Shown here in pieces: positions 39,419 through 49,069 of a stretch of 64,000 nt of DNA. The translations under genes and the position numbers were made by a program. A model generated the notes under the pieces. The model worked only from the letters and a program-made list of their open reading frames with translations. It made no database searches and was not told the origin of the DNA. Every line of letters starts with the position of its first letter. Positions within the stretch are counted from its first letter, which is position 1. Source of the DNA: Candidatus Fermentibacteraceae bacterium. GTDB taxonomy: Bacteria > Fermentibacterota > Fermentibacteria > Fermentibacterales > JCC-6. Location of the stretch: assembly GCA_041750285.1 (NCBI GenBank), contig JBGSZS010000008.1, positions 87,850-151,849 of the forward strand, written 5' to 3'.

Positions 39419-39961
39419 TCACTCCGTGATCAGCGTGACGACCGGCGTGTTCTCGGAGACCGAACCCCTTTCAGCAGTGAGATTCCCGCTCGAAAGGTAC
39501 CTTCGGCCAGGCGCAGTCCATCCGAACACGTAAAGATAGCCTGACACGGATTCAAACCTCAACTCGAGAAGGATGTCACCCTCCTCATACTCCCAGGGCG
39601 TGTCGAAGGTGAAGGCCACCATGCCTTCCCCGTCAGCTGTGACCGTGAGCACTTCACTGCCGATGACACGGGTCGGGGATACCCTGTTCGCCTGGAATTC
39701 AGGACCGAGCTCGCTTCCGCCTGCCAGACCGATGAACACCGCAGCGTTGGTTATGGTTGCGCTGCGTGAACCTGAAGGGCTTCTGTGGAAAGCGAACCCG
39801 GTTATGGTTGCGGGACCCGGGATCTCTTCGGACGGCACCACCAACTGGCAGTGTATGGTCGACGAACCTCAACCGCCGCAGAGTGGTTCCGACAGCGGAA
39901 ACTCCTTCTGTCCGGCAGTGAAGGTCCCTGCCAGAATGGCCATGCCTATGAGATGGTGCAT
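39419..39961 (-). CDS. Putative exported CxxU selenoprotein (paralog A), in-frame UGA at codon 31 (39869-39871)
   Basis: GGAGG RBS, MHHLIGMAILAG-TFTAG...EPLCGG[UGA]GSSTIHCQLVV continues in frame into the track ORF 39419-39844. Confidence 0.75.
39827..39866 (-). promoter_or_regulatory. SECIS-like hairpin (paralog A)
   Basis: CACUGCC-AGUU-GGUGGUG upper stem starting 15 nt after the UGA; lower pairs UUCG/CGAA, GAC/GUC. Confidence 0.6.
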
Positions 39962-40034
39962 TGCTCCTCCTGATCGGATCGGTTTTTCCCACGTGTGTCA
40001 CGGGGTATACACCAGTGAAAGGGCATCCGTTCCA

Positions 40035-41450
40035 TCAGCCTCTGCCGGCTGGTTCAGTTACGGGAAGGGTGAGACACGGGGGCTCCTGCTCTACCAGGAC
40101 CATTGTCCTCCATGGTCCCTTCCTGTAACGGAGGAAGTAGCCGAGGGCAAGAAGGGCGACGTAAAGCGTTGTAAAAAACCATAGGGTGACAACCGTCACC
40201 CCGGGGCTCCTGTAGAGAAGGAGGATGCCCGGTATCCAGAACAGCCACCCAAGGCATGATGCGAGGACCATCACGAACTTCGTGTCGCCGGCACCCCTCA
40301 GGGCGCCACCGAGCATCAGGCTCACTGCGTCGAAGCCTCCCCACAGGCAGAGTATTGCCAGAAGGGTTGTCCCGGTTGCCTTCAGCTGGTCAAAGGGTAC
40401 TTCCGCCTCGGGGCTTCTGAAAAGGGTCATGTACATGCCCGGCAGGAGAAGGAACGTTGCCGCGATGAGAGAGAAGTACATAAGCGCGACAAGCAGGGTG
40501 CGCCTTGCAACCCTTCCCGCCATGAGAGGGTTCCGTCCGCCCTGATAGCGGCCCACCAGGATCGTCGTCGTGATGCCGAACCCGAGCAGGGGGTGGAAGG
40601 CCAGGTTGTTCACTCCGAAGGCAATGTTGCTTGCCGTGAACTCGACCGGGGAGAACCTTCCGGTGAGGAAGACGAACACGGAGAAGCTTGCAACGTCCAT
40701 GAAGACACTCGCGGCCGAAGGCAACCCGTACCTCAGGGTTTTCCTGATCTGGGGACCGTTGAGCCGGAAGTTGGGTCTTATGGGAAACTCACGGGAGACC
40801 TTTCCCCTCAGGGACAGTGAGATGAGAATGATGCCCGGGACGAATGAGCTTATCGCGGTGGCGAGCCCTGCTCCCCCGATCCCCATCTCGGGAAAGCCGA
40901 GGTTGCCGAAAATGAGAACCCAGTCCAGCAGGATGTTCATGGCGGCACCGGCCATCCCCGCCGCCATTGTGAAGGTTGTCCTGCCAAGGCCGCTCCAGAG
41001 GGAAGCCGCTCCCGCGTTGAGGGTTGCGCCGACGCCTGCCGCCATCATCCAGCGGAAGTAGGTGACCTCGAGGGCCAGGACATGGGGATCGTGGCCGCCA
41101 AGTGTCAGGATCGACCTTCCGGGAATTGAGAGTGCCAGCAGCAGGGGCGACGAGAAAAGGGCAATGAAGACGCCCTGGGCGTAGGAAACGGCAACCCCCC
41201 TGTGGTTGCCTGCCCCGTGGTTCTGACTCACAAATGTCGAGGCGTAACCCGCCGCACCCTGAAAGAGGCAGATCAGCGTAAAGGCAAGGATCCCGGCTGG
41301 AAGCGCTGCCTGAAGCTCCCAAACGCTGTGTCTGGCAAGGAACATCCTGTCACAGAACATCATCACTGTCTGGGCAGCCATCCCGGCGATTACCGGGAAC
41401 GCTACCCCGAGGATCTCACCGTAACTCCCCGGCCGGTGGCTGCGGGTCAT
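40035..41450 (-). CDS. MATE family efflux transporter
   Basis: About 12 TM; NILLDWVLIFG...MGIGGAGLAT, GALRGAGDT. Confidence 0.9.
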   Translation of the reverse strand: MTRSHRPGSYGEILGVAFPVIAGMAAQTVMMFCDRMFLARHSVWELQAALPAGILAFTLICLFQGAAGYASTFVSQNHGAGNHRGVAVSYAQGVFIALFSSPLLLALSIPGRSILTLGGHDPHVLALEVTYFRWMMAAGVGATLNAGAASLWSGLGRTTFTMAAGMAGAAMNILLDWVLIFGNLGFPEMGIGGAGLATAISSFVPGIILISLSLRGKVSREFPIRPNFRLNGPQIRKTLRYGLPSAASVFMDVASFSVFVFLTGRFSPVEFTASNIAFGVNNLAFHPLLGFGITTTILVGRYQGGRNPLMAGRVARRTLLVALMYFSLIAATFLLLPGMYMTLFRSPEAEVPFDQLKATGTTLLAILCLWGGFDAVSLMLGGALRGAGDTKFVMVLASCLGWLFWIPGILLLYRSPGVTVVTLWFFTTLYVALLALGYFLRYRKGPWRTMVLVEQEPPCLTLPVTEPAGRG

Positions 41451-42205
41451 GGCGCCGGAACCATGAAAACGCTGCCCGCGCTGTCGTCAGTCACCAGCAT
41501 GTCACCGCAGGGCAGGAAGATCACGTCTTCTATGGAGCCGAGACCGGTGGCCACCTCGGATATTCCCCCGTCAGGCGACACGGCGATGAGGGATCCGAGT
41601 TCCTCGCTGACAACGATCAGCGTCCTGTCGTCAGGATTGAAACGAAGCCCCTCGGCGGATGGGATACCGCCCGCGAACGGCAGCCAGACCCCCGTTCGCG
41701 GGCAGACCGCGATCACGCTCACGAGAAGTCCGGAGAGGGGAGTCTCGTTGCACGCGTAAAGGTTGCCGTCGGGACCCACCGTGAGCCCTGACAGCATGAA
41801 TCCCCTGGGCAGGGTCACAATGGAATCCGGCCCCTGGGGTGTCCATCTGCAGATTCCCGTGGGCCCCCCCATCCTGGCCCATGTGTAGTACACATCGCCC
41901 TGAACGCTGACTGCAACACCCTCGGGATTGGGGATCCTTCTTGAAAGCACGCCTTCCACTGAAGACACGAGCCTGCCACGGGGAGTGTCCTCAACCGCCA
42001 CGATCCCCAGTTCAGGATGCCATGCGATGCCCTCGGGGCTGTCCAGGTCCATCATCGCCGTGAAGACGGTGCCGTCGGGCGTGACCCCCCTGACCGAGCC
42101 GGAAGCCTCCTCTGAGACGAATACGGTGCCGTCGGAAGCCATGGCCAGGCCGTCCGGACTTGAGAGTCCGCCAAGGAAGAGTTCGAAGGCAAGGGCATAT
42201 TCCAT
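41447..42205 (-). CDS. NHL/SMP-30-like beta-propeller protein
   Basis: Repeats LSSPDGLA, LDSPEGIA, IPNPEGVA, PSAEGL, VGPDGNLY. Confidence 0.7.
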   Translation of the reverse strand: MEYALAFELFLGGLSSPDGLAMASDGTVFVSEEASGSVRGVTPDGTVFTAMMDLDSPEGIAWHPELGIVAVEDTPRGRLVSSVEGVLSRRIPNPEGVAVSVQGDVYYTWARMGGPTGICRWTPQGPDSIVTLPRGFMLSGLTVGPDGNLYACNETPLSGLLVSVIAVCPRTGVWLPFAGGIPSAEGLRFNPDDRTLIVVSEELGSLIAVSPDGGISEVATGLGSIEDVIFLPCGDMLVTDDSAGSVFMVPAP

Positions 42206-42222
42206 AAAAACGTAGCAGAGGA

Positions 42223-43047
42223 TCAGTCAAAGAGCGCCAGAACGGGCTCGGCCAACGCTTCCATGGCCTTCGCCGTGGCGGACTTGCCGTAATGGTAGAC
42301 GAAGGGTCTGCCTTCGTCACCCGACTCCACTATTGCCGGATCAATGGGGATCCTGCCCAGGAAGGGAACCGAATATGCCCTGGCGGTGTCTTCGCCTCCC
42401 GTTCCACGGAAAACCTGTGTGACCTCGCCGCACTTCGGGCAGGCGAAACCGCTCATGTTCTCCACCACGCCAATGACAGGAACACCAAGTTTCATGCAGA
42501 AGTCGATCGACTTCCTAACGTCGGCAGCCGCCACCTTCTGGGGAGTGGTAACGATCACGGCGCCATCCACCCTTTCCAGGAGCTGAACAACTGAGAGGGG
42601 TTCGTCCCCTGTTCCTGGAGGACAGTCCACCACGAGGAAGTCGAGTTTTCCCCACTCCACGTGCTTCACGAACTGTTCAATGAGGTTCATCTTCATTGGA
42701 CCCCGCCATATCAGAGCATCGTCGGTGTTTCGCAGCAGAAAGCCAACGCTCATGACCTTGAGGCCCGAGCTCTCCACCGGGATCAGTGCCTCTTCCCGGG
42801 TCTCGACCCCTTCCAGCCCCAGACCGAGCATCATGGGGACACTGGGTCCGTGAATGTCGACATCGAGAAGACCGACGCTTCTGCCCTGCATCGAAAGGCT
42901 GACCGCCAGGTTCACTGCGACTGTGCTTTTTCCCACACCGCCCTTGCCGGAAAGAACAAGGATCCTGTGTGCCACTGAATCGGTTCCAATGCCGATGGCC
43001 TTCGCATCAGAAGTGTCGGTGCCCATGTATCGTTCCTCTTTTTCCAT
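42223..43047 (-). CDS. mrp: Mrp/NBP35/ApbC Fe-S cluster carrier ATPase
   Basis: SGKGGVGKST, DVDIHGPS, IWRGPMK, DCPPGTGDE, VTTPQ, ENMSGFACPKC. Confidence 0.92.
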   Translation of the reverse strand: MEKEERYMGTDTSDAKAIGIGTDSVAHRILVLSGKGGVGKSTVAVNLAVSLSMQGRSVGLLDVDIHGPSVPMMLGLGLEGVETREEALIPVESSGLKVMSVGFLLRNTDDALIWRGPMKMNLIEQFVKHVEWGKLDFLVVDCPPGTGDEPLSVVQLLERVDGAVIVTTPQKVAAADVRKSIDFCMKLGVPVIGVVENMSGFACPKCGEVTQVFRGTGGEDTARAYSVPFLGRIPIDPAIVESGDEGRPFVYHYGKSATAKAMEALAEPVLALFD

Positions 43048-43139
43048 ATTGGTGAAGGCCGGGGGTGCCGGCGGGAAAGACCTATGCCGGGAATATACCG
43101 GATCAACACAACGATCCGGGCGGAAATTATGTTTGGCCC

Positions 43140-44531
43140 ATGCAGCCCAGACAGAGTGAACTCCGCCGGACGTTCCGCATCTCGATCACCGAGGGCGTGT
43201 TTTCCCAGGTGTACGGAAGCCTTGCCGGACCAGGCTCGGCATTCCTGACAAGGCTGCTGGTATTCCTGGGGGCAGGTCCACTGCACTTCAGCCTTCTGTC
43301 GGCCATCGGTCAGGTCTCAATGCTCTTCCAGCCCCTTGGCATCATAGCGGGACGCGGCAGCACACTGAAGAAGCAGAGGGTCATCGGCTGGGCTGCCGCG
43401 GGAAGGTCACTCACACCGCTCCTCGGGCTGGCTCCCCTCCTGCTTCCACGTTCCCTGGCCCTGCCCGGGGTCCTTGCAGTGTTCTTCGTCATCACATCAA
43501 TTCTCGCCGTCTCTACCAACATGTGGATGGGCTGGATCGCCCACATGGTGCCCAGGAAGATCAGAGGCCGGTTCTTCGCAAAACGCAACGCCGTGCTGAT
43601 GACCTTCGGGCTCATCGTCAGCTTTGCCTTCGGCATGTGGCTGGATGCATACGGCACACCGCCCACCGGTGCCGGAGCGCTGGTCGCCAGGGTCTTCAGC
43701 CTCTCCCCTGACGGGCTGCCCCGTGCGCTTCTGGCAACCTTTGTCACCGCCGGTGTTCTTGGCATCGCCGGGCTGTTGATACTGCGCAGACAGCCCGAAC
43801 GCATGGAACCTGAAACCAGCGATACGCTTGGAAGCACGGTCCTTGAACCGCTGAGAGACCCCAATTTCAGAAGGCTGTGCTTCTTCGGGGCTTGGTGGAT
43901 GATGGCTGTCGGTGTGGGAGCCCCATTCTGGCAGCCCTTCATGATCCAGGTGCTGGGGATGGGTCTTGTGGAAATGCTCCTCTACGGCGCCGTGAGCACA
44001 GCGGGCGCCGTCCTGACGCTCAGGTACTGGGGCAGGCTCATTGACAGCTACGGCAACAAGACGGCGATGAAACTGGCTATCATCGCCGGATCGGTCATTC
44101 CCCTGGTCTGGCTGTTCGTCACAAGGGAGACCAGGTGGCTTCTCGTTTTCGAAGCCGCGGCATCCGGCAGCATGTGGGGTTGTGTGGGTGTCGTCACGGC
44201 GAACCTCGTTCTGGCAGTTGCACCCAGGGGAAGGGAACAGGCGTACAGCGGGCTTTACAGTGCGGTATGCGGCCTTGCGATGATCTTCACCATGCTTGCT
44301 TCAGGGGTGTTCATGCCCGGGCAGCTGCGGATCCTTGGGCATTCACTCCATCCGATGCAGGTCCTATTCCTGGCCACGGCGTTCGCCAGGCTTTCAGCGG
44401 AGATCCCCCTAAGGTTCGTCGAAGAGCCGGATGCGGTAGGTGTATCAGTTGTCCTGAGAAGGTTCCTGTTCTGGAACAAGGTTCGATTCCCCATGCCCAG
44501 GGTGTTCTTCAGGTCAGGGAAGGACAGATGA
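43140..44531 (+). CDS. MFS transporter
   Basis: About 12 TM; W..WI..VP..IRGRFF; WGRLIDSYGNK motif-A-like. Confidence 0.85.
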   Translation: MQPRQSELRRTFRISITEGVFSQVYGSLAGPGSAFLTRLLVFLGAGPLHFSLLSAIGQVSMLFQPLGIIAGRGSTLKKQRVIGWAAAGRSLTPLLGLAPLLLPRSLALPGVLAVFFVITSILAVSTNMWMGWIAHMVPRKIRGRFFAKRNAVLMTFGLIVSFAFGMWLDAYGTPPTGAGALVARVFSLSPDGLPRALLATFVTAGVLGIAGLLILRRQPERMEPETSDTLGSTVLEPLRDPNFRRLCFFGAWWMMAVGVGAPFWQPFMIQVLGMGLVEMLLYGAVSTAGAVLTLRYWGRLIDSYGNKTAMKLAIIAGSVIPLVWLFVTRETRWLLVFEAAASGSMWGCVGVVTANLVLAVAPRGREQAYSGLYSAVCGLAMIFTMLASGVFMPGQLRILGHSLHPMQVLFLATAFARLSAEIPLRFVEEPDAVGVSVVLRRFLFWNKVRFPMPRVFFRSGKDR

Positions 44532-45359
44532 GGGGGGAAGAAGCTCCCCGAGCCTCTTCTTCTCACCCGGCAGATCGAGCAGCTTCCTGAGCTTCGTCAT
44601 TGTCTTCGAGATCCCATGGTAATGCCTGAACCTGTGTCCGGGGTTTCTCACCCTTGTACGGGGCTGACCGGGATCCACCTCCCAGGGGTGCATGTAGAAG
44701 ATGTACAGCCCTGTCCTTTCGAGATGCTTCAATGCCAGCCTCACGAACAGCCAATACGGGAAGAGCCTGAAATACCCTCCGCCCGAAATGGGTATCCTGA
44801 AGCCGAGGAATCTTTCCATGGGCATCGGGAGTTCGGTGATCCCTGAATGGTGTGTGAACATTCCGAACGGTGCTTCAGTCATTGTAAGCTTCCCGTATCT
44901 GTCGTGCATGGCAAAGGGGTTCAGGCTGGAGTCGTAACGGTAGCCGGCTTCGAACAGCATCTCGAGAAGCATGTCGGACACCGAGAAGCAGGGGGCCCTG
45001 TAACCCCTTACCTCCTTCCCGGTCAGATCCTCGAGCATCTTTTTGGATGCAGTGATGTCCCTTTTCAACTCCGATACGGTCAGGAGGTTGTTCATGATGT
45101 GCCCGTAACCGTGGGAAGCCACTTCGTGGCCCGCTTCGGAAATGGCCCGCACCAGGGAGGGATTTCTTTCGGCGATCCATCCAAGCACGAAGAAGGTGGC
45201 TGGAACCGAAGCCTCGGACAGAACGTCCAGAATGCGCATTGTGCTGGCCTCGACCCTTGATTCCCTGTTGTCCCATGAGTCGGCAGGATGGGCGGTCCTG
45301 AGGTTTTCAGCCTGAAACCAGTCCTCGACATCGATCGTTATGCATACAGCGCCCGCCAT
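44514..45359 (-). CDS. Polysaccharide deacetylase (CE4, DUF3473/PEP-CTERM-locus type)
   Basis: TIDVEDWFQ, ATFFVLGWIAE, HEVASHGYGH, GYRAP, YDSS, GGGYFRL, YMHPWEVDP. Confidence 0.9.
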   Translation of the reverse strand: MAGAVCITIDVEDWFQAENLRTAHPADSWDNRESRVEASTMRILDVLSEASVPATFFVLGWIAERNPSLVRAISEAGHEVASHGYGHIMNNLLTVSELKRDITASKKMLEDLTGKEVRGYRAPCFSVSDMLLEMLFEAGYRYDSSLNPFAMHDRYGKLTMTEAPFGMFTHHSGITELPMPMERFLGFRIPISGGGYFRLFPYWLFVRLALKHLERTGLYIFYMHPWEVDPGQPRTRVRNPGHRFRHYHGISKTMTKLRKLLDLPGEKKRLGELLPPSSVLP

Positions 45360-46120
45360 CAGAAAAGCTTCTTCCCCGTTGCGAGGAACTGCCCCACCGA
45401 AGCCCTGTCCGGAAAGGAGAAGTAGGTGGCCTCACTGACGTCACATTCCTCGGGGTTCTCAAAATGCCGTTTGAACTCGAGAAGGAAGTCGACCATCATC
45501 CGCGCGCCCTCTCTTTTTGTCTTCGAAATGGCGCTGTCGAGGCTTCTGCAGTCACTGATGGAAACCGAACGCTGAAGAAGGATGTCTCCCGAATCGAGTT
45601 TCTCGATCATCTTGTGTATCGTGATACCGATGGTTTCGCACCCGTCCCTCATCTGCCAGTACACCGGCATCATGCCCTGATACTTCGGCAGAAGGCTGCT
45701 GTGGATGTTTATGCAACCGTACGCCGGAGCAGACAGAAGCTTCTCCCTGAAGATGCGAGACGCCGCCACGGATATCACCACGTCCTGCTCTCCGGCGAAT
45801 TTCAGGAATTCCTTCGAATGGATGTTCTCGACGTACAGGAACCGGGCGCCGATTCTTTCGGCAAACCTTTTCGTGGTCCGCCTTCTCATGATGGAACTCA
45901 CGTACTTCCAGAACACCCTCACCGTTCCACCGGGGCCGTAGAAACCAAAGACCCTTTTGAAGAGGGAAAGCATGGAATCCCTGCCCAGTGGGACCAGGGA
46001 CACGAGGGCGTTCACCGACACTCCGTTCTGCCTGAGCTTGTTCACGTGCTTCGTGAACTCCTCCCAGAACACGGAGATGTAGATCGGGTCCTCCTGGGTG
46101 ATGAAGACGACTTTAAGCAT
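45359..46120 (-). CDS. Formyltransferase family protein
   Basis: GCINIHSSLLPKYQG..P.YW, GITIHKM..LDSGDIL. Confidence 0.85.
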   Translation of the reverse strand: MLKVVFITQEDPIYISVFWEEFTKHVNKLRQNGVSVNALVSLVPLGRDSMLSLFKRVFGFYGPGGTVRVFWKYVSSIMRRRTTKRFAERIGARFLYVENIHSKEFLKFAGEQDVVISVAASRIFREKLLSAPAYGCINIHSSLLPKYQGMMPVYWQMRDGCETIGITIHKMIEKLDSGDILLQRSVSISDCRSLDSAISKTKREGARMMVDFLLEFKRHFENPEECDVSEATYFSFPDRASVGQFLATGKKLF

Positions 46121-46274
46121 CCGATGGTCCCTTTCCGTTGGCGCAACGGTGGAAGAATACCGAAGACTCAACGGTTACCGCAATACCCGCAGCATGGGCA
46201 GGGAACAAAAAAGCCGTGAGGCTTATATACTTTCATCGCAACGAATGTTTCCGCACTCTTCGAAGGGAGCTTCC

Positions 46275-46847
46275 TTGAACAGGTACCTGCCTGTGGCGAT
46301 TGCAATTGCCGCGCTGTTCGCTGCCGGATGCATGAGTTCCTCCCAGCTCGGGATCCCGTCAAACTTCGCAAAGAGCCCGGTTTTCGAGACGAAAGCAGTC
46401 TGGCGTACAGCGGTTCTTCCGCCTGTCGGAGCCGTTCCCGGCCTGAACCAGGGCCAGGGAGTCTACGATTACGCAGGAATGGCCCTGCTTCGAACCGGTC
46501 GCTTCACGGTCGTGGACCGTTCAGCTGTTGACCAGATACTCCGCGAGCAGGAGTTCTCATACTCCGGTGTTGCGGATCAGGCAACAGCGGTCCAGCTGGG
46601 CCGTCTGCTCGGAGCCGAGGCCGTCATGCTTGTAAGCATAGCGTCGGTGACCCACGATGATTTCTGGTCGGACACGCCGGAACAGCGGGATGCGGAACTG
46701 CATGTGAAGATCATCTCCGTGGAGACTTCCGAGATACTCTACACGGCAGTGGGACAGGGTTCAGATTTCGACGGCGCCGACGGCGCCCTCAGATCCGCCC
46801 TTGAGATGGCTCTGACGGGTATCGGCAGCCAGGGGGGCATCCGATGA
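46275..46847 (+). CDS. CsgG/LpoB-like outer-membrane lipoprotein
   Basis: TTG start with AGGGAG RBS, lipobox AAGC; FTVVDRS.VDQILREQ, A.QLGRLLGAEAV, KIISVET. Confidence 0.75.
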   Translation: MNRYLPVAIAIAALFAAGCMSSSQLGIPSNFAKSPVFETKAVWRTAVLPPVGAVPGLNQGQGVYDYAGMALLRTGRFTVVDRSAVDQILREQEFSYSGVADQATAVQLGRLLGAEAVMLVSIASVTHDDFWSDTPEQRDAELHVKIISVETSEILYTAVGQGSDFDGADGALRSALEMALTGIGSQGGIR

Positions 46848-47800
46848 AAGCAGCCTTGGTAACAGTAATGGCGGCGATTCTCGTATCCGCATGCGGAACT
46901 TCGACATCCCTGTCAGGTTCGGGTGCGGCCGCGGTTCTCTCTCCAGCCTCATCGGAGGCTACTGCAGCGCTTATCGGGGAAGTCCTCTTCTCCGGTCCCC
47001 CCCCGGCAGCAGCGCCCCGTGAAGTACTCGAATCCTTCCCGGAGGGGGAGGTGGACTGGTCGGGCAACTCTGTCAGGGCAACCGGCACCGGGGTTATCGA
47101 CCCGCAGAACCCCAACACGGCGCAGGCAAGGCTCATGGCGGAGAGGGCGGCCGTTGTCGTTGCCCAGAGGAATCTGCTGGAGACAGTCGAGGGTGTCCGG
47201 GTGGATTCGGAGACCAGGGTGGAGAACTTCATGACCGATTACGACGTTATCCACACACGGGTACAGGGAGTGGTGCGAAATGCCCGTCAGGTCGGACAGA
47301 CCAGATACGACGCCGAGGCTGGAACGGTGGAAGTCGAGCTTCAGATGGACATCTACAGCCCGACAGGACTCTCCGGCGCCTTAAGTACGGCTCTTGCAGA
47401 CCCACGCGCTTCTCTGGCAAGCCTCTCGCCCCAGGTGAGGGATTTTCTTTCGCAGTACTCCGGGCTGGTGATAGACGGCGGCGAAACCGGGCTGACTCCC
47501 TCGATGTTCCCGCGCATTTTCGACGAGAACGGCAATCTCATGCTGGACACCAGCCAGTACGCTTCATACCTTGGTTCGGGCGCCGACGCCGGTCTGAAGT
47601 TCATCTCGGACCTTCAGGGCATACTGGATCAGAGCGGTCTGTCGGGGTCACCACTCGTACTCGACGCCATCGATGCCGTCGGTGAGTTCGGCAGTGACAT
47701 CGTGATCTCCACCGCAGGGACAGGCGGAGGGAACATTCTCGAACAGGCCCTGCCCTACCTTCTCAGCGCCGGGCGTTTCCTCATGAGGGTCATCCTGTGA
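46844..47800 (+). CDS. LPP20-like lipoprotein
   Basis: Lipobox VSAC; QARLMAERAA...AQRNLLETVEGVRVDSET.V. Confidence 0.75.
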   Translation: MKAALVTVMAAILVSACGTSTSLSGSGAAAVLSPASSEATAALIGEVLFSGPPPAAAPREVLESFPEGEVDWSGNSVRATGTGVIDPQNPNTAQARLMAERAAVVVAQRNLLETVEGVRVDSETRVENFMTDYDVIHTRVQGVVRNARQVGQTRYDAEAGTVEVELQMDIYSPTGLSGALSTALADPRASLASLSPQVRDFLSQYSGLVIDGGETGLTPSMFPRIFDENGNLMLDTSQYASYLGSGADAGLKFISDLQGILDQSGLSGSPLVLDAIDAVGEFGSDIVISTAGTGGGNILEQALPYLLSAGRFLMRVIL

Positions 47801-48963
47801 GTCGGTTCGCGGGAGCGCTTCTGGTTCTGGTCGTGGCGGCGGGCTGCGGCACGCAGGTGGCAACGCCTCAAACACCACCGCCCGATCCCGGAACACCTCC
47901 CGGACAGGGTGAAACCGAAGTGCTGTGCGAGGGTGTTTCAGCGGTGACGGGCAGGCTTGACGCTTCGCGAGACCAGGCGATCTCCGATGCGCTCAGGAAG
48001 GCCGTCGAACAGGGCGTTGGTGCTTTCATAGACGGAGAGACACAGGTCGAGAATTTCCAGCTCATATCCGACAGGATCTACAGCCGGGTCAGCGGTTTCG
48101 TTTCGAGCTACCGCGTGATACACGAGGAGCAGTCGGAAGGTCTCCACCGCGTGGTCGTCCGGGCGGTGGTGAACACCGAAGGCATAGAAGATGACCTTGC
48201 AGCAATCGGAATACTGGTGGCCGGGCAGGGAAGGCCCCGGGTGATGGTCGTGGTGAGGGAGATCCGGGACCGTTCCGCCGCAGGCCCTGAAGTCATCGAC
48301 GAAACGGGATCAATGTTCGAGACACAACTCCTCGAGGGGTTCAGAAGGAAAGGCTTTCCCGTCGTGGATGCGGCGACGGCCGCTGATGTCATCCGGCGGG
48401 ACCAGCTTCTTCTCATCCTCGAGGGGGATGACCGCACGGCGGCCCTGGTGGGAATGGAAGCTGGTGCTGAGATAATCGTCTCGGGAACTGTGACGGGAAG
48501 CCTCGAAAGCCGTCTCATCGCGGGATCACCGCGGGAAGTACACGTGTTCGATGTTGACTGCAGGGCCGTGAACACGCGCACGGCAGCTTTGCTCGGTGCT
48601 TCGGCCTCGACGACCGAAGTGCCGTTCAGTGAGGGCCAGGCCCGTTCCAGGGCTTCTGAGAGAACCGCGGATGAACTCATCACTGCCATTCTTGAAGGAT
48701 GGACCTCGAACGTGAACTCCACGATGCTTCACGTGACCAACGCTGACTTCCAGTCACTCGAAGACCTCAGGGCGCGCATCCGTTCGGGGATCAGGGGGGT
48801 TACGGACGTTCTCGCAAGGGACTTCACCGGATCAAGGGCAACGCTCGAAGTCGTTTCCGAAACTTCATCGGCGGAAGTCATCGAAAGCCTCTCCGGCATT
48901 GGCGGAGGATTCACGATCACAGGTTTGACGGGCAACAGGGTTGAGCTGAGACTGGAGGACTGA
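47797..48963 (+). CDS. Lipoprotein with FlgT N-terminal-like domain
   Basis: Lipobox AAGC; RDQAISDALRKAVEQGVG..I..ETQVENF. Confidence 0.75.
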   Translation: MSRFAGALLVLVVAAGCGTQVATPQTPPPDPGTPPGQGETEVLCEGVSAVTGRLDASRDQAISDALRKAVEQGVGAFIDGETQVENFQLISDRIYSRVSGFVSSYRVIHEEQSEGLHRVVVRAVVNTEGIEDDLAAIGILVAGQGRPRVMVVVREIRDRSAAGPEVIDETGSMFETQLLEGFRRKGFPVVDAATAADVIRRDQLLLILEGDDRTAALVGMEAGAEIIVSGTVTGSLESRLIAGSPREVHVFDVDCRAVNTRTAALLGASASTTEVPFSEGQARSRASERTADELITAILEGWTSNVNSTMLHVTNADFQSLEDLRARIRSGIRGVTDVLARDFTGSRATLEVVSETSSAEVIESLSGIGGGFTITGLTGNRVELRLED

Positions 48964-49069
48964 TTCACCAGGTGCATTCCTGAACGTCGCTGCACGAAGG
49001 AACGGTGCACCGGGAGAATCGCCCCCGTGATACGGCCCGGAAGGCGTTGCCACTACATGCGTTCCCCCG

